From IMG/VR virus record IMGVR_UViG_3300045988_005712, positions 1-5,528 of that record: 5,528 nucleotides of DNA. One strand, given 5' to 3'. The position numbers and the translations under genes were made by a program. This DNA is from a virus. Shown in pieces: positions 1 through 4,764 of this stretch. The notes below the pieces were generated by a model. The model did no database searches and was not told where the DNA came from. It saw nothing but the letters and a program-made list of their open reading frames with translations. The stretch's first letter is position 1. Every line of letters starts with the position of its first letter.

Positions 1-119
1 CTGGGATGAGGTGCCGAAAGACATCAAACTCAAGTTTGACAACGACGTGGACAAATTCATCGCAAGTTTTGGAAGCGTCGAATGGGCCAAAAATCTGGGC
101 ATTTACCAAGAAAAAAAAG
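1..119. repeat. Terminal direct repeat, copy 1 (identical to 5410..5528); assembly overlap of a circular genome
   Basis: Base-by-base comparison shows 1..119 equals 5410..5528 with no mismatch. The reading frame of the ORF that runs off the 3' end continues seamlessly at position 120. Confidence 0.97.
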
Positions 120-160
120 CCGAACCCGAAGCAACAGAAGTAACGGAGGCTAAAGAGTGA
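2..160 (+). CDS. VP3: 3' end of the VP3 internal scaffolding gene; redundant copy plus the true C-terminus of the ORF that starts near 5084 and wraps the circle
   Basis: Frame 2 is open from the window edge: WDEVPKDIKLKFDNDVDKFIASFGSVEWAKNLGIYQEKKAEPEATEVTEAKE, then TGA at 158..160. The stop overlaps the VP1 GTG start as GTGA (157..160). Confidence 0.8.
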   Translation, partial: WDEVPKDIKLKFDNDVDKFIASFGSVEWAKNLGIYQEKKAEPEATEVTEAKE

Positions 161-1797
161 ACAGAAACAAAGACGCAGGATTCAATCAAGTCCCACGGCT
201 GGACATTACACGAAGTCGCTTCAAGAGGCGGCAGGATGTAAAGCTCACGCTCAATGCTGGACAGCTTATTCCGTTCTACGTGGATGAAGTGCTCCCGGGT
301 GATACCTTCAGTATCGATCAGGCAGCAATTATCCGTATGACGACACCTATCTTCCCGGTTATGGACAACTGTCACATGGATATTTACTACTTCAATGTAC
401 CCTGCCGTATCATCTGGGACCACTTCAAACGATTTATGGGCGAAAATGATGCCGGTCCGTGGGCACAGACTCAGGAATACTTCATCCCGCAGGTCAGAGT
501 AACTGGCACAGCCGACAAGCCGGCACCTTATGAAGGAAGCATCATGGACTACATGGGCATTCCTACCAAGGTGAGCAGAGGAACTGATAGTGCATTCACC
601 ATTAATGCACTGCCATTCAGAGCCTACGCCATGATCTGGCAGGAGTGGTTCCGAGACCAGAACGTAGACAATCCGGCCATCAACAGCACCACAGACGCGA
701 CCATAGACTATAAGGACGATGAAACAAAGGGCATGGACGCGGAAAAGCCGGATTTGGAGTACATCCTTCAGAACGCATACACGGGCGGCAGACCGCTGCC
801 AGTGAATAAGTACCACGACTACTTCACATCGGCTCTGCCATCCCCACAAAAAGGGCCGAATGTGCAGCTCCCATTAGAGGGAAACGCTGCAATATTCGGA
901 TACAGTGACTACAAAAGGACAAAGATGAGCAACCCGTCGGCAGTCGGGGGGTTACAAAACCAGAACATCCCGCTTGGAGTTGTAGGGACCAGTCCCAAAA
1001 ACGAGCCAGTATACTTAGGCGCAAGGATGGATAATGTAACGTCCGCAACCGTCAATCAATTACGACAGGCATTTCAAGTTCAGAAATACTATGAGCAGCT
1101 GGCACGAGGCGGCAGCCGCTACCGCGAGATGATTTATTCGCTGTTCCACACCAAAATCAGCGACAAGACGGTACAAATTCCTGAGTACCTAGGCGGAACA
1201 CGCATCACTATCAACATGAGTCAGGTCATCCAGACCAGCGGCACAACCACAGAGAGTCCGCAGGGCAACGCAGCAGCAATAAGTGTTACGCCGTACAACG
1301 GGAGCATGTTTACGAAGAGCTTCGAAGAGCACGGCTATGTTATCGGCGTGTGCTGCATCCGGCATGACCATACCTACCAGCAGGGCTTGGAACGCATGTG
1401 GAGCCGCAAAACCAATCTGGATTTCTATTATCCAGTCTTTGCAAACCTGGGAGAGCAAGCTATTCTGAAGAAGGAGCTATATCTCACTGGTACGAGCACT
1501 GATGAACAGGTCTTTGGTTATCAGGAAGCTTGGGCAGAATACCGAATGAAACCGAACCGCATCAGCGGCAAGTTCCGTTCGAATGCAACGGGGACGTTGG
1601 ACAGCTGGCACTACGGCGACAACTACAAAGAGACTCCGAGCCTGAGTCAAGCATGGATGAAGGAAGGAGACTCTGAAATTCAGAGAACTTTGGCCGTGGA
1701 AAACGAACCTCAGTTTATCATAGACACCGTCATCGACAATACATCTGTGAGGCCGATGCCAATGTACAGCATTCCGGGTCTCGTGGACCATCACTAA
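157..1797 (+). CDS. VP1: Major capsid protein VP1 (Microviridae F-like capsid, gokushovirus type), 546 aa
   Basis: The translation carries blocks I recognise from gokushovirus/Chlamydia-phage VP1: FNQVP, LIPFYVDEVLPGDTF, TPIFPVMDN, LPFRAYAMIWQEWFRDQN, KYHDYFTSALPSPQKG and VNQLRQAFQVQKYYEQLARGGSRYRE. The GTG start is preceded by GGAGG at 145..149 (7-nt spacer). The first in-frame ATG would delete conserved N-terminal blocks. Confidence 0.95.
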   Translation: MNRNKDAGFNQVPRLDITRSRFKRRQDVKLTLNAGQLIPFYVDEVLPGDTFSIDQAAIIRMTTPIFPVMDNCHMDIYYFNVPCRIIWDHFKRFMGENDAGPWAQTQEYFIPQVRVTGTADKPAPYEGSIMDYMGIPTKVSRGTDSAFTINALPFRAYAMIWQEWFRDQNVDNPAINSTTDATIDYKDDETKGMDAEKPDLEYILQNAYTGGRPLPVNKYHDYFTSALPSPQKGPNVQLPLEGNAAIFGYSDYKRTKMSNPSAVGGLQNQNIPLGVVGTSPKNEPVYLGARMDNVTSATVNQLRQAFQVQKYYEQLARGGSRYREMIYSLFHTKISDKTVQIPEYLGGTRITINMSQVIQTSGTTTESPQGNAAAISVTPYNGSMFTKSFEEHGYVIGVCCIRHDHTYQQGLERMWSRKTNLDFYYPVFANLGEQAILKKELYLTGTSTDEQVFGYQEAWAEYRMKPNRISGKFRSNATGTLDSWHYGDNYKETPSLSQAWMKEGDSEIQRTLAVENEPQFIIDTVIDNTSVRPMPMYSIPGLVDHH

Positions 1798-1861
1798 AGT
1801 TTTTCGTTATTGTTATCCTAGAATAGCAATAATATAACGTAACAACGACAAAAATAAGAAT

Positions 1862-1896
1862 CCTCAGCTGAGAGTGTCAGCTGAGGCCTCAGCTGA
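1862..1896 (+). repeat. Three copies of a 10-mer in alternating orientation: CCTCAGCTGA (1862..1871), TCAGCTGAGG (1877..1886), CCTCAGCTGA (1887..1896). They give two mutually exclusive hairpins.
   Basis: Direct reading. Copy 1 pairs with copy 2 (10-bp stem, 5-nt loop GAGTG). Alternatively copy 2 pairs with copy 3, forming a perfect 20-nt palindrome. Confidence 0.85.
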
Positions 1897-1907
1897 CGAA
1901 AGGGGGA

Positions 1908-1938
1908 AGCCCGGGGCAATACCCCGGGCTATTTTATT
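1908..1938 (+). terminator. Rho-independent terminator between VP1 and VP2
   Basis: AGCCCGGGG (1908..1916), loop CAATA, CCCCGGGCT (1922..1930), then ATTTTATT running directly into the VP2 ATG at 1939. Confidence 0.65.
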
Positions 1939-2745
1939 ATGGGATTAGCAGCAATCGGCAGCGCACTACTCGGAATCGGCAAACAACTACTCCCAACGAT
2001 CGCCGGAGGACTCATAAACAAATTCCTAGGCGGAAACCTGATGGAAAGCAATGGAGGGAGCACACAGCACAACGAAAGCACAAGCCAAGGAGGCGGCTAC
2101 AGCAGCGCCGCCAGCGGCGTAAACCGAGAACAAAACCTGCAAGACTGGAACAGCATGCTAGGGGCAATTCAAAGCAATATGCAAAGCCAGCAGAAGTTTA
2201 ACCGTAAAAGCATGTTCGAGCAAATGGGCTATAACACCATGGCAGCAATCACTCAGGGTGTATATAACCAGATAAGCAACAACGCAGCAATGTCCTACAA
2301 CAGCGCAGAAGCAGCCAAAAACAGAGCTTGGCAAGAGCAAATGAGCAATACAGCTTATCAGCGAGCTGTGGAAGACATGCGAAAAGCAGGAATCAACCCT
2401 ATCTTAGCATACCAACAGGGCGGAGCGAGCACGCCGGGAGGCGCACAAGGCACTATCAGCGGGGCAAGTATGGGTCTCGCAAGCAGTAGTGCGGCGACCG
2501 CAAGTGCTCTGGGAGTAAGTCAGAACCACAACAACACATGGAGCAAAAGTGAAAGCAACTGGTACAACGCAGCGCAAGCAGTTGGAGACGCAACAAGCTG
2601 GTCCCACACAAGCGCAGACAAAGCGTTAAAGGCGTTCGAAAACGTTCTGGGCCAGCTAGGAAACCTTACAAGCGACAATTCCAAAGACGGTTCAACGAAA
2701 GACAAAGACGGCTTTGGGGGAAGCAAAGGGGGCAAATTTAAATAA
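1939..2745 (+). CDS. VP2: Minor capsid / DNA pilot protein VP2, 268 aa
   Basis: Hydrophobic Gly/Ala/Leu-rich N-terminus (MGLAAIGSALLGIGKQLLPTIAGGLI), S/G/A/Q/N low-complexity body, and the block NTAYQRAVEDMRKAGINPILAYQQGG typical of gokushovirus VP2. Its position between VP1 and VP4 is the canonical one. There is no obvious SD; the start sits in the T-tract of the upstream terminator. Confidence 0.88.
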   Translation: MGLAAIGSALLGIGKQLLPTIAGGLINKFLGGNLMESNGGSTQHNESTSQGGGYSSAASGVNREQNLQDWNSMLGAIQSNMQSQQKFNRKSMFEQMGYNTMAAITQGVYNQISNNAAMSYNSAEAAKNRAWQEQMSNTAYQRAVEDMRKAGINPILAYQQGGASTPGGAQGTISGASMGLASSSAATASALGVSQNHNNTWSKSESNWYNAAQAVGDATSWSHTSADKALKAFENVLGQLGNLTSDNSKDGSTKDKDGFGGSKGGKFK

Positions 2746-3764
2746 TGGGGTGCAACAAGCCATTAATTCGGTTTTATGTGCCTCATGACAGAGAAGCGAG
2801 TGGGCGAGTGTACTCACTCGCTTCTTTCAACGAAATTCATAAAACCAAAATCCAGTATGAAGACCTGATGTACCGCAAAGATGTAATGATGATACCATGC
2901 GGACAATGCACAGGATGCAAACTACGCAAGCGCAAAGACTGGGCAACACGAATGGAGCTGGAAGCATACAACCACGACAAGGAAAGCATCTGGTTTATCA
3001 CGTTAACCTATGATGACGACCACGTACCAACACAGGACACAGAAACAGGGGAAATCTTCAAGGGAGGCGTAAACGTATGGAGAGACGCCTCAGAGCGTCC
3101 CAGAACGGTGCAAACTTTAAACGTGGAGGATGTCCAGTTATTCATGAAAAGGCTTAGAAAGGCCGTCAGCGGGCCTCTCAGATACTTCTTAACCGGAGAG
3201 TATGGAGACAACACCTCAAGACCACACTATCACATGATACTATACGGATGGTATCCGGACGACTTAAAGCCAATTCACAGGCTGTCAAGGTTTGGACACT
3301 ACACGAGTGATAAACTGGTCAAAGTCTGGGGACAAGGGACGGTTGACATAGCTCAGGCAACGCCGGAAACGTATAATTACGTAGCTGGATATGTGACCAA
3401 GAAGCTGTACGGAAACGACAAGGACAAGTACAAGAAAATGGGACTCATACCGCCATTCTGCGTAATGAGCCGAAAGCCAGGACTCGGAGATGAATGGTTC
3501 CAAAAGAACCAAGAAAGGCTATGGCAACTTGGATACATCCAGCTGACAAACGGCAAAAGAGCAGCAATTCCAGAATATTATTGGCGAAAGCTGGAAGCTG
3601 AAAATCCTGAAAAGGCGTGGAGAATCAAGCAGTACCGGCAAGAAAAAGCCATTGCATCCCTAATCGAAAGAAACATGGAAACTGACAAACGGTATGCCGA
3701 ACAACTGGCCGATAAAGAAGCAGTCATGAAGAAGAAGATGTCCAAAGCAAAGGGCGTTTTTTAG
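2745..3764 (+). CDS. VP4: Replication initiation protein VP4 (HUH rolling-circle endonuclease, phiX174 A-like), 339 aa
   Basis: RCR motif I FITLTY (nt 2994..3011); HUH motif PHYHMILYG (HYHMILYG = nt 3225..3248); two-tyrosine motif YVAGYVTKK (nt 3378..3404, compare phiX174 A YVAKYVNK); Cys cluster CGQCTGC near the N-terminus. The ATG overlaps the VP2 stop as TAATG (2743..2747). Confidence 0.93.
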   Translation: MGCNKPLIRFYVPHDREASGRVYSLASFNEIHKTKIQYEDLMYRKDVMMIPCGQCTGCKLRKRKDWATRMELEAYNHDKESIWFITLTYDDDHVPTQDTETGEIFKGGVNVWRDASERPRTVQTLNVEDVQLFMKRLRKAVSGPLRYFLTGEYGDNTSRPHYHMILYGWYPDDLKPIHRLSRFGHYTSDKLVKVWGQGTVDIAQATPETYNYVAGYVTKKLYGNDKDKYKKMGLIPPFCVMSRKPGLGDEWFQKNQERLWQLGYIQLTNGKRAAIPEYYWRKLEAENPEKAWRIKQYRQEKAIASLIERNMETDKRYAEQLADKEAVMKKKMSKAKGVF

Positions 3765-3773
3765 CCCTGGTGT

Positions 3774-3822
3774 CACTCAGCCAAGTAACTATCAAGTATA
3801 TATACTTGGCTGAGTGTTTTTT
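3774..3822 (+). terminator. Strong rho-independent terminator after VP4
   Basis: 13-bp perfect stem CACTCAGCCAAGT (3774..3786) / ACTTGGCTGAGTG (3804..3816) followed by TTTTTT (3817..3822). The loop region also offers an alternative inner palindrome, CAAGTATATATACTTG (3793..3808). Confidence 0.8.
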
Positions 3823-3832
3823 AGGTTTATCA

Positions 3833-3878
3833 GCACGCGCACGCACGCGCACGTAATCGCGCACATGCGCGCGCGATT
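3833..3878. repeat. GC-rich alternating purine/pyrimidine tract: tandem GCACGCGCAC x2 (3833..3852) plus inverted repeat AATCGCGC (3855..3862) / GCGCGATT (3871..3878)
   Basis: Direct reading of gcacgcgcacgcacgcgcacgtaatcgcgcacatgcgcgcgcgatt. It consists almost entirely of CG/CA/TG steps and abuts a pure A/T tract. Confidence 0.8.
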
Positions 3879-3910
3879 TTTATTATTTTATTATTTATTT
3901 ATTATTTACT
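3877..3910. promoter_or_regulatory. A/T tract with only one C (TTTTATTATTTTATTATTTATTTATTATTTACT); candidate DNA unwinding element
   Basis: 34 nt with a single C (3909) and no G, built of reiterated TTATTT units. It lies between the GC tract and the phased TAG repeats. Confidence 0.5.
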
Positions 3911-3930
3911 TGTTGTAGTCGTAGTAGTAG
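3910..3930 (+). repeat. Seven phased T-N-G trinucleotides (TTG TTG TAG TCG TAG TAG TAG), read 3'-to-5' as GAT GAT GAT GCT GAT GTT GTT; DnaA-trio-like element
   Basis: Direct reading. It is followed by GGG (3930..3932) and preceded by the A/T tract. This is the order GC cluster / 3'-GAT-5' trios / AT-rich region known from bacterial oriC unwinding modules. Confidence 0.45.
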
Positions 3931-3962
3931 GGAGTGTTGAAATGTTGAAAACTATAAATATC

Positions 3963-3978
3963 TATCGTTAGAACGATA
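3963..3978. promoter_or_regulatory. 16-bp palindrome TATCGTT-AG-AACGATA (operator-like dyad)
   Basis: 7-bp arms separated by 2 nt. That loop is too short for a hairpin, so a dimeric protein-binding site on dsDNA is the more likely reading. Confidence 0.35.
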
Positions 3979-3981
3979 TTT

Positions 3982-3990
3982 TGTGGTTAA
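3982..3990 (-). promoter_or_regulatory. DnaA box variant TTAACCACA (one mismatch to TTATNCACA)
   Basis: The + strand reads TGTGGTTAA, preceded by ATTTT like the other two boxes. Confidence 0.5.
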
Positions 3991-4008
3991 TTTTGATGTT
4001 GAAAATTT

Positions 4009-4017
4009 TGTGGATAA
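4009..4017 (-). promoter_or_regulatory. Perfect consensus DnaA box TTATCCACA
   Basis: The + strand reads TGTGGATAA, whose reverse complement is TTATCCACA, the high-affinity E. coli R1/R4-type box. Confidence 0.6.
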
Positions 4018-4046
4018 CTTGTTGAATTGTTGAAAGTGTAGCAATA

Positions 4047-4066
4047 TGCACAAAACCATTTGTGCA
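4047..4066 (+). other. Perfect hairpin TGCACAAA-ACCA-TTTGTGCA inside the iteron/DnaA-box array
   Basis: 8-bp stem and 4-nt loop, read directly. It lies 6 nt upstream of the third DnaA box. Confidence 0.6.
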
Positions 4067-4072
4067 ACTTTT

Positions 4073-4081
4073 TGTGGAAAA
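4073..4081 (-). promoter_or_regulatory. DnaA box variant TTTTCCACA (one mismatch)
   Basis: The + strand reads TGTGGAAAA. It is part of a 22-nt composite repeat, TTTTGTGGAAAACCTGTTGAAA (4070..4091), which matches TTTTGTGGATAACTTGTTGAAT (4006..4027) at 19 of 22 positions. Confidence 0.5.
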
Positions 4082-4126
4082 CCTGTTGAAAGTGTTAAAA
4101 GTGTTGAAAACTCGAATTAAAGGCAA

Positions 4127-4192
4127 TCCGGCGAGCGAAACCGGAAAGTTACGTCATGCTCTTCGTACGGCGCACCGCGCCTAGCGCATGAC
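4127..4192 (+). other. GC-rich hairpin cluster; candidate ssDNA priming signal (complementary-strand origin)
   Basis: Hairpin 1: TCCGG (4127..4131) / CCGGA (4141..4145) with a 9-nt loop. Hairpin 2: outer stem GTCATGC (4153..4159) / GCATGAC (4186..4192) enclosing inner stem GGCGC (4169..4173) / GCGCC (4177..4181) with loop ACC. No ORF overlaps it, and it is a GC island in an AT-rich spacer. Confidence 0.4.
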
Positions 4193-4210
4193 CTTTTAGA
4201 TTAAATGCAC

Positions 4211-4239
4211 AAAAGAGGCTTGACGAGCCTCTTTTTTTT
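4211..4239 (+). terminator. Rho-independent terminator (potentially bidirectional: A-tract upstream, T8 downstream)
   Basis: AAAAGAGGCT (4211..4220), loop TGACG, AGCCTCTTTT (4226..4235), with the T-run extending to 4239. Confidence 0.55.
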
Positions 4240-4248
4240 ATATATACT
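4220..4248 (+). promoter_or_regulatory. Sigma70-type promoter TTGACG-17 nt-TATACT, likely driving the small-ORF/VP3/VP1 operon
   Basis: -35 TTGACG (4220..4225) and -10 TATACT (4243..4248), each matching consensus at 5 of 6 positions, with the optimal 17-nt spacer. The -35 lies in the loop and 3' arm of the terminator hairpin. Confidence 0.55.
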
Positions 4249-4348
4249 AAAGGCAGTCAAACAGCACAGAAGTGCATTTAACAAATTCCATTTTTACAAA
4301 AATAACTTTACAAAGAGGTGAACTGTTCTGACTCTCCAAGAAATCAAG

Positions 4349-4432
4349 ATGCTGTTTGAAAACATCCAAAAAATCCTTGCCATGCTAGACAAAATCTACC
4401 ACACAGTAACAGGGAACAAACCGGAGGCTTGA
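4349..4432 (+). CDS. Possible 27-aa leader ORF (MLFENIQKILAMLDKIYHTVTGNKPEA)
   Basis: ATG..TGA, with the stop 1 nt before the next ATG (4434). There is no SD in front of the ATG. An AGAGGTG (4314..4320) is positioned instead for an in-frame CTG at 4328. Too short to judge. Confidence 0.25.
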   Translation: MLFENIQKILAMLDKIYHTVTGNKPEA

Positions 4433-4433
4433 A

Positions 4434-4661
4434 ATGGAAAACAAACCATGGAATGTAAGAGACCAGACCGACGAGAACCTTATGCGAGAGTTGACGAAAA
4501 CCTACAAAGCAATAGACGCCGCATACAAAATGGCAAGACAGGCCGCAAATATCGAGGACGCAAAGTATTATATTGACCTTGCGTTCAGGAAAAAGGCGCT
4601 TGCCAGCAATATCGAGGTGGAAATCCTCAGAAGGGACATCAACCATGGCAAAGAGGAGTAA
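4434..4661 (+). CDS. Hypothetical 75-aa protein, predicted helical and charged
   Basis: GGAGG at 4423..4427 lies 6 nt before the ATG. The ORF fits the same-strand packed gene order. I recognise no family. Confidence 0.5.
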   Translation: MENKPWNVRDQTDENLMRELTKTYKAIDAAYKMARQAANIEDAKYYIDLAFRKKALASNIEVEILRRDINHGKEE

Positions 4662-4764
4662 AGTACACAAGTCGAAAGACGCAAAAATCTACAACAAGAC
4701 CGCACGAAAGACCAAGGCAATTAACCTGGGAAGCGGGGCAATGCGAGGAGGTATCCGACTGTGA
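4645..4764 (+). CDS. Small, highly basic DNA-binding/packaging protein (gokushovirus ORF8/VP8-like, functional analogue of phiX174 J), 39 aa
   Basis: MAKRSKVHKSKDAKIYNKTARKTKAINLGSGAMRGGIRL has 12 K/R in 39 aa and ends in MRGGIRL. That ending matches my recollection of the Chlamydia-phage ORF8 C-terminus (MRGGIRF). AAGGGA lies 8 nt upstream. I prefer the internal ATG at 4645 over the tracked start at 4573. Confidence 0.65.
   Translation: MAKRSKVHKSKDAKIYNKTARKTKAINLGSGAMRGGIRL

Larger units (their letters stand above)
3935..4109 (+). repeat. Iteron array: eight same-orientation copies of TGTTGAAA
   Basis: Perfect copies at 3935, 3943, 3997, 4028, 4084 and 4102. One-mismatch copies at 4020 (TGTTGAAT) and 4093 (TGTTAAAA). 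They occur as a tandem 8-nt pair (3935/3943), a second pair (4020/4028) and a 9-nt-phased triplet (4084/4093/4102). Confidence 0.85.
4201..4281. repeat. 10-bp inverted repeat TTAAATGCAC (4201..4210) / GTGCATTTAA (4272..4281) bracketing the terminator/promoter
   Basis: The arms are perfect reverse complements 61 nt apart. Confidence 0.75.

Noticed and set aside
108-119. A8 homopolymer (GAAAAAAAAG) in VP3 as a possible programmed frameshift or slippage site
   Set aside because: Both alternative frames terminate within about 12 codons without producing a fusion. Its coincidence with the contig end is explained by the assembly overlap.
1283-1468. + strand 61-aa ORF nested out of frame inside VP1
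   Set aside because: It has no SD, an Ala/Cys/Arg-rich translation typical of an alternative frame of a GC-balanced gene, and no hydrophobic helix to suggest an E-like embedded lysis gene.
103-1794. Minus-strand ORFs antisense to VP1 (103..849, 824..1048, 1189..1458, 1477..1794)
   Set aside because: All lie opposite a confidently identified capsid gene. They have Cys/Val/His-rich, low-plausibility translations and no SD. Microviridae transcribe one strand only.
2158-3512. Minus-strand ORFs antisense to VP2 and VP4 (2158..2340, 2404..2607, 2520..2735, 3008..3214, 3285..3512)
   Set aside because: Same reasoning: they are antisense shadows of conserved genes with no start-site signals.
3951-3980. 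Search for an XerCD dif-like site, as used by integrating gokushovirus prophages
   Set aside because: I found no convincing match to a dif core (two approximately 11-nt arms around a 6-nt spacer, such as TGCGCATAA-N6-TTATGTTAAAT). The palindrome TATCGTTAGAACGATA has the wrong arm sequence and spacing.
4014-4043. Similarity of ATAACTTGTTGAATTG to the phiX174 nick-site core CAACTTGATATTAATAAC
   Set aside because: Only the AACTTG hexamer matches and the rest diverges. That is insufficient to call a VP4 nick site, so the plus-strand origin remains unassigned.
3935-4109. Short direct repeats as a possible CRISPR array
   Set aside because: The repeats are only 8 nt, irregularly spaced (0 to 46 nt apart) and lack uniform spacers. 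The pattern is an iteron array, not CRISPR.
4046-4120. 24-aa ORF (MHKTICATFCGKPVESVKSVENSN) and other 9 to 11-codon ORFs inside the non-coding region
   Set aside because: None has an SD. They are composed of the iteron and hairpin sequences themselves and are too short to support.
4573-4644. N-terminal extension of the basic peptide ORF (tracked start at 4573)
   Set aside because: The extension overlaps the 75-aa ORF out of frame and has no SD. The internal ATG at 4645 yields a compact 39-aa basic protein of the size expected for J/VP8-like proteins.
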